Shown here: one piece after another, positions 10,280 through 21,400 of the stretch
How positions within the stretch are numbered: position 1 is the first letter of the stretch
Layout of the letters: each line of letters starts with the position of its first letter
Source of the DNA: Malacoraja senta
Lineage: Eukaryota
Assembly (NCBI GenBank): GCA_038087875.1
Contig: JAXLNO010003717.1
Span: 1 to 64,000, forward strand
DNA: 64,000 nt
Direction of reading: 5' to 3'
Made by a program: the position numbers and the translations under genes
The notes under the pieces: generated by a model
The model's database searches: none
The model's input: only the letters and a program-made list of their open reading frames with translations
Told to the model about the DNA's origin: nothing

Positions 10280-11280
10280 AAAGAAGGAACTGCAGATGCT
10301 GGAAAATCGAAGGTACACAAAAATGCTGGAGAAACTCAGCGGGTGCAGCAGCATCTATGGAGCGAAGGAAATAGGTAACGTTTCGGGCCGAAACCCTTCT
10401 TCAGACTGATAGCGGGTGGGGAGAAGAAAGGAAAAAAGGAAAAAGGCGGAGGAGGAGCCCGAGGGCTGGGGGAGGGGAGGAGACAACCAGATGGCTGATG
10501 AAGGGGAGGGGACAGCAAGGGCTAGCAGAATTGGGAGAATTCAATGTTCAAACCCCCAGGATGTAGACTGCCCAAGCGGAATATGAGGTGCATTTCCTCC
10601 AATTTACGGTGTTGCTCGCTGTGGCCATGGAGGAGACCCAGGACAGAGAGGTCAGATACGGAATGGGAGGGGGAGTTGAAGTGCTGAGCCACTGGGAGGT
10701 CAGGTTGGTTATTGCGGACCGACCGGAGGTGTTCGGCGAAACGATCGCCAAGCCTCCGCTTGGTCTCACCGATGTAGTAATGGGAGGGGGAGTTGAAGTG
10801 CTGAGCCACCGGGAGTTCAGTAATGGGAGGGGGAGTTGAAGTGTTGATCGTTTCGCCGAACACCTCCGGTCGGTCCGCAATAACCAACCTGAACTCCCGG
10901 TGGCTCAGCACTTCAACTCCCCCTCCCATTCCGTATCTGACCTCTCTGTCCTGGGTCTCCTCCATGGCCACAGCGAGCAACACCGGAAATTGGAGGAAAT
11001 GCACCTCATATTCCGCTTGGGCAGTCTACATCCTGGGGGCTTGAACATTGAATTCTCCCAATTCTGCTAGCCCTTGCTGTCCCCTCCCCTTCATCAGCCC
11101 TCTGGTTGTCTCCTCCCCTCCCCCAGCCCTCGGGCTCCTCCTCCGCCTTTTTCCTTTTTTCCTTTCTTCTCCCCACCCCCTATCAGTCTGAAGAAGGGTT
11201 TCGGCCCGAAACATTACCTATTTCCTTCGCTCCATAGATGCTGCTGCACCCGCTGAGTTTCTCCAGCATTTTTGTGTACC
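10280..11280. mobile_element. Palindromic (inverted double 3' end) Penelope-like insertion with a 16-bp TSD
   Basis: 10280-~10778 is the - strand GIY-YIG C-terminus and tail (YIGETKRRLGDRFAEH); ~10848-11280 is the same on the + strand. The flanks both read CTCACCTATCTGTGTT (10264-10279, 11281-11296). Confidence 0.9.
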
Positions 11281-11474
11281 CTCACCTATCTGTGTTCTCC
11301 AGAGATGCTGCCTGACCTGTCAAGTCAAGCCAAGTCACTTTTATTCGTCACTTGCACATAAAGTGCAGCAAAATGAATTTGCCAGCAGCGGTACAATAAA
11401 AAAAGAACACACAATACACAATAAAAATCGAACACAAACATCCTGAGTTACTCCAACACTTTGTGTCTATCTTT

Positions 11475-12222
11475 GATCCTATAGCGGAGCAAGATAGACC
11501 ACTCCTGCTAAATGCAATGGGCTGACGTGTAGTACGCAACGGAACGGAACCTGGGCCTTTTTTTCATCCATTTCCGTAACCCGACCCGACTCGCAGTGTA
11601 TTCAACGTTGTGGGGGAACAGTTTGTGTTAATAAATTAAAATTCTGAAAATGACGAGAAGATTTTGACCAAATAACTTTTATTTTTACGAGGATGTTTCC
11701 GTAACCGGCTTCCTACGGGATCTTTGGTGCGGAGACGGAAGCCGGTTACGGAAATGGGGCCGAAAATTACCCATGAATCTGGCCATGACCGCACTACGTC
11801 TTTTTCGTCGAGTGATCTTAAGGGGTTGGACAGGCTAGATGCAGGAAGATTGCTCCCGATGTTGGGGAAGTCCAGGACAAGGGGTCACAGCTTAAGGATT
11901 AGGGGGAAATCCTTTAAAACCGAGATGAGAAGAACTTTTTTCACACAGAGAGTGGTGAATCTCTGGAACTCTCTGCCACAGAGGGTAGTCGAGGCCAGTT
12001 CATTGGCTATATTTAAGAGGGAGCTAGATGTGGCCCTTGTGGCTAAAGGGATCAGAGGGTATGGAGAGAAGGCAGGTACGGGATACTGAGTTGGATGATC
12101 AGCCATGATCATATTGAATGGCGGTGCAGGCTCGAAGGGCCGAATGGCCTACTCCTGCACCTAATTTCTATGTTTCTATGTTTCTATGTTTCTATCTATC
12201 TTGCTTGCTAAAGGATCTTTGG
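11475..12222. mobile_element. Non-autonomous DNA transposon split by a CR1 insertion (11817-12195)
   Basis: Ends GATCCTATAGCGGAGCAAGATAG / CTATCTTGCTTGCTAAAGGATC are inverted; the same left end recurs at 404-465. Confidence 0.6.
11817..12195 (+). mobile_element. CR1 LINE 3' fragment
   Basis: KGLDRLDAGR...GYGEKAGTGY; (TTTCTATG)n tail. Confidence 0.9.
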
Positions 12223-12716
12223 TGCTGACTCCGATCACCCTGGGTAGAGTGGAAGTGGATAGGATCTTTGGTATAAACCAGCATCTGCAGTTCTTTGTTT
12301 CGGCAGTTCCTTGCGTTTCTGTAACTTAAGTGTTTAGGGGAGAGACTGGGACAAGAATGCAAGGTGTCACAAAAACTTTTAAGCCATCATTCTTAATCTG
12401 TTTTGTGTGGTAATTGGTGCTTTTATCAGGAATATATGAGCAACTAACTCTTGTAATTGCATTGATTGCATCTGTTATCTCCCCTTTCTGGTTTTACTGC
12501 TAAATAAAGCTCTCAAAGGATTCACACCTCAAGCCAGGCGCTGATATGAATGTCTCTTCTGCAGAGGAAGAAGTTCATTTCATAAATCATAGGAGCTGAA
12601 TTACGCCATTCATTACGCTGATCGATTTATCTCTCTCAACTCCATTCTCCTGCCTTATCCCTGTAAACCTTTAAGATCCTTAGCAATCCAGAACCTTTAG
12701 GCAGAGGGTGGTGAAT

Positions 12717-13140
12717 CTCCGTGGATTGTCACCTTGTCGTGGTGGAGAAGCTTGTGTGGACCTGAGATCCTGAGAGCGATGCCGTCTGGAGCTATGCTCC
12801 TGGTAGGGCCACCCATGGCGGTAAGGTCGAGGGGGAAGGTCTCTGACAAAGAGCAATCCAACCAAGACCTCAACGGTGAAACAGGCGGAGGACGATGGCT
12901 GACCTTAGTGGGAGCGTCACAACGGCTGGGAAGGCGGATGAAGGCTGCAGGGGTAAAGGGTCTCCGGTCGTCTTGGGACTCCACGCCACTGGATCCTGAC
13001 CCCAGATCTGTCGAGGACCATGGGGTGGCTGTCTGTGCACCAGTCTCACCACGTAAACAAAGTCACGGCACAGGCATCCTCCATTTAGGGAATAGCACCC
13101 TGGAGACACCCATGGCCAGCCACGACCGAGGAGGGCCTAG
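12717..13140 (+). mobile_element. Non-autonomous RTE-clade-derived element (5' UTR-like, structured) inserted into a CR1 fragment
   Basis: Contains blocks resembling RTE/BovB 5' UTRs (CCTTGTCGTGG, ATGCCGTC, TAGGGCCACCCA, CTGACAAA). A 7-bp TSD GGTGAAT lies at 12710-12716 and 13141-13147, inside CR1 sequence. Confidence 0.7.
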
Positions 13141-13610
13141 GGTGAATTAGTGGAATTCATTGCCACAGGTGGCTGTGGAAAGGTGGAGCCCACAATAGTC
13201 CATTGTTGAGAGACACAAAATGCTGGAGTAACTCAGCGGGACAGACAGCATCTCTGGAGAGAAGGAATGGGTGACGTTTTGGGTCGGGTCCAGTTTAGTT
13301 TATTGTCACATATACCGAGGTACAGTGAAAGGCTTTTGTTGCGTGCTAACCAGTCAGTGGAAAGGCAATACATAATTGCAATCGAGCCATTCACAATGTA
13401 TAGATACATGATAAGGGAATAACATTTAGTGCAAGGTAGACAAAAAGCTGGAGAAACTCAACCAGTGCTTCCTAAGCCTTCTAAGAAAGTAGATGGTACA
13501 CAAAAATGCTGGAGAAACTCAGCGGGTGCAGCAGCATCTATGGAGCGAAGGAAATAGGTAACGTTTCGGGCCGAAACCCTTCTTCAGAAAGTAGATGCGT
13601 TGGTCGAGAC

Positions 13611-13982
13611 CAGGGGTGGGGAACCCGCAGCCTTAAGGCCACATGCGGCCTTCAAGGTCATTGAGTGCGGCCTTTTGAATGAATCCAAATTTTGTAGAAC
13701 AAGTCCTTTTATTTTTATTAATATGTTTTTGTTCGTCTTTTATTATTTTTATTTCAATCTTAAAATGAAGGTATTTAAAATACCAAAGAGTGAAAGAAGA
13801 TTCAACGAAATAATCCTCCCCGACTGATGGCCACAATTAACACATTAGTAGATCATGAGGGCCATGTTAACAAAATAATGTACATTTTGAAGTATATCTA
13901 ATTGAAGTTTCTTGGATGCGGCCTTATTAGATTACAGCTAACTTAATGCGGCATTCCGACATGAAAAGGTTCCCCACCCCTG
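13611..13982. mobile_element. hAT (Charlie-like) MITE
   Basis: TIRs CAGGGGTGGGGAACC / GGTTCCCCACCCCTG and a perfect 8-bp TSD GTCGAGAC (13603-13610, 13983-13990). Confidence 0.9.
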
Positions 13983-14037
13983 GTCGAGACTTCTTCCGGC
14001 TGAGAGTCAGGGATGAGGAAAACCAGTTGGAGAACTA

Positions 14038-14790
14038 GTCAAGTCACATTTAAAAAACAACTCTCGTTGGCCAAAGTGCTTTACATTTGTTATAAGAATA
14101 GTATAAACAAACAAACTACATACATATACACATATAGCCCTCGCTCAGAGGACGTCAAGAAAGGCTTGGGAGTATAGGTAAGTTTTTAGTCTTGACTTAA
14201 AGGAGTCGATGGAGGGGGCAGTTCTGATGGGAAGGGGGGTGCTGTTCCACGGTCTAGGAGCTGCAACCGCAAAGGCGCGGTCGCCCCTGAGCTTATGCGG
14301 GATATTCAGCAACCTTGTTGGGGAAGTCCAGGACAAGGGGTCACAGCTTAAGGATAAGGGGGAAATCCTTTAAGACCGAGATGAGGAAAAACGTTTTCAC
14401 ACAGAGAGTGGTGAATCTCTGGAACTCTCTGCCACAGAAGGTAGTTGAGGCCAGTTCATTGGCTATATTTAAGAGGGAGTTAGATGTGGCCCTTGTGGCT
14501 AAAGGGATCAGGGGGTATGGAGAGAAGGCAGGTACGGGATACTGAGTTGGATGATCAGCCATGATCATATTGAATGGCGGTGCAGGCTCGAAGGGCCGAA
14601 TGGCCTACTCCTGCACCTATTCTCTATGTATCTATGTAACCCCAAGTCGGCCGATCTGAGGAATCTGGAGGTGGAGTGGTGGGTGAGAAGGCTTTTGGTG
14701 TAGGTGGGGGAAAGCCAATTGAGGGCTTTGTAGACATAGAGGAGGATCTTGAAATGTATTCGGAACCGCACAGGGAGCCAGTGGAGAGAG
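14038..14790 (-). mobile_element. L2 LINE 3' fragment interrupted by CR1 (14315-14637, +)
   Basis: SLHWLPVRFRIHFKILLYVYKAL and GDRAFAVAAPR.WN motifs on both sides of the CR1. Confidence 0.85.
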
Positions 14791-14799
14791 ATTGTGGGG

Positions 14800-15485
14800 G
14801 GAGATTGTGGTTTGCGTGAGTGGACGCGCTGGGACTCGAACCCGGGACCCTGGCGCCCCCGAGATGAGAGCGCTGCACGTTGTGCCACGTTCATGGATGG
14901 TCGGTCGCCATCTTTGATTTTCCCTTTCACTGTGGGTGATGTCGGAGTCTTGCCCTAAGAGTGCGCGTGACGCAATGACGCAGAGCGGCGGGGGGGGGCG
15001 GCGCGGGTCAGGTGCCCTCCGCCGGAATGTCCTGGAACAGCAAGATGGCGACTTAGCAACCGGGCGGCGCAGCCAACGAGCGAGCGGGGGGCCTTGGCGC
15101 TGTCCCTTCCCCGCACCGCACCGCAGCGCCAAGCGGCGAAGAAAGGGAGCGGGAGCGGGAGCAGGAGAGAAATTAAAAAAAAAAAATGAACGAAACCCGG
15201 AGACGAGACGCTTCCATCCTCTGAGCGGATCTCGGCTCTCCGACGCGGCAGCGGGAGGTTACGCGAGCCCGAGGCTTTTGCGGCCTGGTGTCCACTCCCC
15301 CCCCCCCACCCCACCCCCCCGGGGATGGCGCAGGAGGAGCGGATGGAGGTGGACCATTGCGGCTGCGCGGCGGCAGCGGGGGGCGGGGCGCTGCCGGCAG
15401 GGGGCGGCGGAGTGCCGGCACTGCGCAGGTCCAATAGCGCCCCAATGATCAGCAACATCAGGTAATGGTTACACTGGGTGGTCTG
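14800..15485 (+). promoter_or_regulatory. CpG-island promoter of the FAM122/PABIR gene
   Basis: High CpG density; tandem CRE/ATF-like TGACGCA(A) at 14968 and 14976; GC boxes; YY1 motif CAAGATGGCG at 15041-15050; runs into exon 1. Confidence 0.8.
15325..15461 (+). CDS. FAM122/PABIR exon 1 (MAQEERMEVDHCGCAAAAGGGALPAGGGGVPALRRSNSAPMISNI)
   Basis: ATG at 15325 in a CpG island; LRRSNSAP motif; donor AG|GTAATG at 15462, phase 2. Confidence 0.93.
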
Positions 15486-18400
15486 NNNNNNNNNNNNNNN
15501 NNNNNNNNNNNNNNNNNNNNNNNNNNNNNNNNNNNNNNNNNNNNNNNNNNNNNNNNNNNNNNNNNNNNNNNNNNNNNNNNNNNNNNNNNNNNNNNNNNNN
15601 NNNNNNNNNNNNNNNNNNNNNNNNNNNNNNNNNNNNNNNNNNNNNNNNNNNNNNNNNNNNNNNNNNNNNNNNNNNNNNNNNNNNNNNNNNNNNNNNNNNN
15701 NNNNNNNNNNNNNNNNNNNNNNNNNNNNNNNNNNNNNNNNNNNNNNNNNNNNNNNNNNNNNNNNNNNNNNNNNNNNNNNNNNNNNNNNNNNNNNNNNNNN
15801 NNNNNNNNNNNNNNNNNNNNNNNNNNNNNNNNNNNNNNNNNNNNNNNNNNNNNNNNNNNNNNNNNNNNNNNNNNNNNNNNNNNNNNNNNNNNNNNNNNNN
15901 NNNNNAATATATGTGGAGGAGGGAACTGCGGATGCTGATTTACACCAAAGATAGACACAAAATGCTGGATTGGCTCAGCCGGACAAGCAGCAGCATCGCT
16001 GGTTAAAGGAATGGGCCACAGTTTAAGAATAAGGAGTAAGCCATTTAGAACGGAGATGAGGAAACACTTTTTCTCACAGAGAGTGGTGAGTCTGTGGAAT
16101 TCTCTGCCTCAGAGGGTGATGGAGGCAGGTTCTCTGGATGCTTTCAAGAGAGAGATAGGTAGGGCTCTTAAAAATAGCGGAGACAGGAGATATGGGGAGA
16201 AGGCAGGAACGTGGTACTGATTGGGGATGATCAGCCATGATCACATTGAATGGCGGTGCTGGCTCGAAGGACCGAATGGCCTACTCCTGCACCTATTGTC
16301 TATTGTCTATTAAAAAATATATACACAATATGCAGAAGCATTCAACGTAATAGGAAATGTCTTGGAGGGAGAAATTGTTTAAATTTAAATATCCACGTGC
16401 TTTGTATATTAATGATTTGGATAAGGGAATTGAAGGCTTGGTGGCCAAGTTTGCAGATGATGCTAAGATAGGTGGAGGAGCAGGCAGTGTAGAGGAAGCA
16501 AGGACTCTGCAGAAGGACTTGGACAGGTCAGGAGAGTGGGCAGAAAGATGGCGGATGAAATTCAGGCTAGCACAGTGCGGAGTCATGCATTTTGGTAATT
16601 GGAATAAAGGCGTAGATTATTTTCTACATGGGGTGAGAATCCAGAAACCCGAGGTGCAAAGGGACTTGGGAATGCTGGTGCAGGACTCCCAAAAAGTTAA
16701 TTTGCAAATCGAATCGGTAGTAAGGTACGATACGATAGAACTTTATTTATCCCATGAGGGAAATTAATCTGCCAACAGTCATAAAAACACAAAATACATG
16801 ACACATGAAATTAAAGCGACGAGTGGAAAAACGAGAGTGATGAGAGGAAGGCAGATTCAATGTTAGCATTTATATCAAGAGAAATACCAAAACAGAGATG
16901 TAATGCTGAGGCTTTATAAGGTGTTGGTCAGGCTGCATTTGGAGTACTGTGAGCAAATTTGGGCCCCATATCTGAGGTTGTGCTTGCTCTGGAGAGGGCC
17001 CAGAGGAGGTTTACAAGAATGATTCCAGGAATGAGTGGGTTAGCATATGATGAGTGTTTGACAGCACTGGGCCTCTACTAGCTGGAGTTTAGGAAGTTGA
17101 GGGGGGACCTCATTGAAACTTACAGAATAATGAAAGGCATAGATCGAGTGGATGTGCAAAGGATGTTTCCACTGGTGGGAGAGTCCAGGACCAGAGGTCA
17201 TATCCTCGGAATTTCTTAAAGCGCTCTTAGAAAGGAGGTGAGGAGGAACTTCTTTAGTCAGAGGGTAGTTAATCTGTGGAATTCATTGCCACAGAGGGCT
17301 GTGGAGGCCAAGTCAGTGGATACTTTTAAGGCAGAGATAGACAAATTCTTGATTAGAACGGGTGTCAAGGGTTCTGGAGAGAAGGCAAGAAAATGAGATT
17401 AGGAGGCAGAGATCTGCCATGTTTGAATGGCAGAGTAGACTTGATGGTCCGAATGGGCTAATTGTACTAATACAACTTGTGAACTTTCAGCAAAATTCCA
17501 AGATCTCAGGCAAAGATTTTCTTCAAAGTAGTATTTATTACAGGTCGGGGCTAAATAGTGTCAAATACTTTTTATTTCCACTTTGGCTACACACAACTGA
17601 GGGCGGCATGACGGCACAGCGGTAGAATTGCTGCCTTACCTTGCCAGGGTCCCGGGTTTGATCCTGACCATGGGTGCTGTCTATACTGAGTTTGTACGTT
17701 CGAACTGTGACTGCGTGGGTTTCCTCCAGGTTCTTGGTTCTTGGTTTCTTGGTCCTCCAAAATATTCCAAATGGAATTTAAACTGGAGGTGGTGGAGGGA
17801 GGACTTAAGCCAGAAAGGGTTTTTGGGAAGAAAGAGCTACCAGGTGCTCCGGTTTCCTCCCACACTCGAAAGACCTACAGGTTTATAGGTTAATTGGCTT
17901 CGGTAAAAATTGTGAATTGTCCCTAGTGTGTAGGATAGTGTTAGTGGACGGCGATCGCTGGTTGGCACGGACTCAGTGGGCTGAAGGGCCTGTTTCCATA
18001 CTGTATCTCTAAGGGCCAAGGAAACGTGGAGGATGGGAGGTAGATTGTAGTTATAATCTGGTAACTCACTTCCAATAGCGGTGGTGAAGACACAGTCATT
18101 CTGCGCTTTGAAAAGGAAAGTATGTATGACTTGAAAGAAAATAATCTGTAGGGCTGCAAAGAAAAATGATGAGATTGTTCCACCTGGTGCCAACACAGAT
18201 TTGCTTTGCCTTCAATCACTAGCAGTTGTATAATTTATAGCTGTTGTTGTCATAGGAAAAAAAACATTTAGTTAATACATTCATAGATCAGTCATAGTGA
18301 ACTATCTTAATGTTGTTGAACACTCAAAATAGGCTGTTAGTGGGGGTGGCCTTACACAGTGCAGATGCCCTCTACCTCAGTGGCAGCTGAGAATTTAAAT

Positions 18401-21400
18401 TCAGTCGATAAATAATTTGGGATTAAAACCAACTGGCTCCCAAATGTCCTTCAGTGACTTTTGTCTCAACCTATTATCCGTGTTATTCAATTATGGGAGG
18501 CATAGATAGAGGAGGTAGTCTTTTTCCATGGGTAGAAATGTTAAGTACCAGAGGGCATAGCCTTAAGGTACGAGAGAGAAAGTTTCTTTACACAGAGTGA
18601 TGGATACCTGGAATATGTTGCCAGGGATGGTGTTGGAAACAGATACGATAGTTTAATTTATTGTTACATGTACCGATGTACAGCGAAAAAGCTTTTTTGT
18701 GTTATCCAGACAGCGGAAAGACTATATGTGATTACAATCAAGTCGACCACAGTGTACAAATACAGGATAAGTCAAGTCAAGTTTATTTGTCACGTACACA
18801 TACAAGATGTGCAGAGAAATGAAAGTGGCAATGCCTGCGGATTGTGCAAAAAACTACAGAACAGAATGGAACAGAATCAGTATTTACATATTAGAAAACC
18901 CCCCAGCAATTTTAAAAAGACACAACACAACAGTAAATGAGTACAGTAAATTAGTAGTCCCTGGTGAGATAAGAGTTTACAGTCCTAATGGCCTGTGGGA
19001 AGAAACTCCGTCTCATCCTCTCTGTTTTCACAGCATGACAGCGGAGGCGTTTGCAAGGTAAAAAGGTTATAAAGGGAATAACGCTCAGTGCAAGATAAAG
19101 TCCGATTAAAAATAGTCCGAGGGTCTCCACTGAGGTAGATGGTAGATCAGGACCGCTCTCTTGTTGGTGATAGGCGGGTTTAGTTGCCTGATAACAGCTG
19201 GGAAGAAACTCCCTGAATCTGGAGGTGTGCGTTTTCACACTCCAGTGAAGTTTCAGAAGTATTTAGACAAACACATAAACATGCAGGAGATGGAGGAATA
19301 CAGACCGTGTGCAGGTTTAGTTTAGTTTAATTCGGCATTGTGGTCGGCACAGACTTCATGGGCTGAACGACCTGTACTGTGCTGTACTGTTATGCATGGC
19401 TGCTTGCTACTAACTAGGGACAGTGTGAGGAAACCTGCTGGAGAGTCATCTTCAGCATCTGCTGCACACTGTTAATTCCACCCTTGGTGTTAGCTGTGGG
19501 GATATGCTCACTGGACCTGCCCAAGAGGGTCTCATTCTGGAACTTCTGAGGTCAGAAATCCCATCTGGTTGTCTATTGCCGGACTGTGCAGATATGTCCT
19601 GTCTGGAGACACAAGGAACTGCAGATGTTGGAGTCTTGAACAAAGCACAAAGTGCTGGAGTAACTCAGCAAGTCAGTCAGCATCTGTGGAGGGAATGGCC
19701 AGATGATGTTTTAGGTTGGGACCCTTCTTCAGACTGGTCATTGCTGAATGATACAAGACCACCGTTTACCTTCTACTTTCATATACCTGTTTAAACCTCT
19801 CCTATCTATTTCAAAGAAAATAATTTGTCCCGTAACTTAAATTCTCCAGCTTATTTCCTCTAATCTTGACACAGTACTTTAGTCGCCTAACAAATATCTT
19901 ACAGTTTGAATGTGACCTCCCTGTGATTGCGTTACTATTCCTTGGCAGTTAAACTCAATATCATAGAACAGCCATCAATGTCCATGCTGATCATGATGGA
20001 AAATTAAACTAATCTCCTCTGCCTGCACGTGATCCATATCCCTCCATTTCCATCCCCTCTGTCAGATGAAGCGTCTCGACCTGAAACGTCACGTATTCCT
20101 TTTCTCCAGAGATGCTGCCCGACCCACTGAGTTACTCCACCATTTTGTGTGTATCTCCATATCTTTTCATTGCTATCTTTACGTGGCCGAATACGTGTGG
20201 ATTATTCTGTTCCAATATGTTTCTCAGTGGTCTGCAATTTATGATGTATTCCCCTGTTGCTCTTCCCTGCGTTGTTAAGTTTCCATATCCAAGGTGGGAA
20301 GTGCATAATGGCCTGTCCCACTGCGATTTTTTTTTCCAGCAACTGCCGGCATCATTGACTGACTTAACAGGTCACCGAAAAATTTGCGACGTCATGCGGC
20401 GGTGATGTGGCGTGATGACGTATGACGTGCGGTGTTTTTTCAAGTGTCGCAACATTTTTATTTTGTCGCCGCTGGATTTTGAAATGTTCAAAATCTTTTG
20501 GCGACACTGATAAGACGCCGGCAGTCGCCGAAAAAATCGGCAAGTGCGACAGGCCCTTGGTGCGAAGAAGGTACATCAGTTTGCTTCCAAGGGATTGGTG
20601 TAGGAAGAACAGTTGGGCCAATACTAATTGGTAGTTTAAAAAAAGTGACTTCACTGGAATTTAATACTCTGAGGCAGATTGACCGGGTGGATGCCAGGAA
20701 AATGTTTTCTCTTTTAGTTAAGTTTTATTTAGAGATACAGTGTGGAAACAGGCCCTTCGGCCCACCAAGAAACAGGCCCTTCGACCAACGATTCACGTAC
20801 ATTAACACTACCGTACAGATACTAGGACAATTTTACATTTATACCAAATCAATTAACCTACAAACCTATACGTCTTAGCAGTGTGGGAGGAAACCAAAGG
20901 TCTCAAGAAACCAGCGCTGTCACGGGGAGAATGTGCAAACTCGGTACCCGTGTTCAGGATTGAACCTGGGTCACGGGCTGCAAAGCAGTAGCTCTACCGC
21001 TGCGCTGTGCTGCCCTGGAGTTCTGTAAACTCTCATGGAGTTCTTTAAAAGTGGGAGGCATAGTTTCAGAATGAGTGGTCGTCCGTTCAGGACAGATGTG
21101 GAGAACCGTCTCTTGGAGGTTGTACGCCTTGCAGCGGAGACGGACTCATTGACTATATTCCAGTGGAGAGATTGGTGGATGTATGATTTCCTGCAATAGA
21201 TCAGGTAAATGCACAGCGTCTTTTACCTAGAGTTGGCAAATCAAGAACCAGAGGACATGGATTCAGTTCTGCACATCCCTGTCACTTACTTTTCTGACTC
21301 AATAAGGAGTTGTGCTTTAATAGTTTTTGAAAGTGAAACTTGAGAAAGGCGTTATGATTATGAGCTCTGGCAGTTCCTCGAGTCAAGAGTCAAGAGTGTT

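Noticed and set aside
14820-14895. tRNA-like sequence on the - strand (A-box TGGCACAACG, T-loop GGTTCGAGTCC)
   Set aside because: The acceptor stem does not pair and the anticodon arm is irregular; better explained as a degenerate tRNA-derived SINE head.
15458-15958. ORFs spanning N runs (also 53002-53429)
   Set aside because: Artefacts of assembly gaps.
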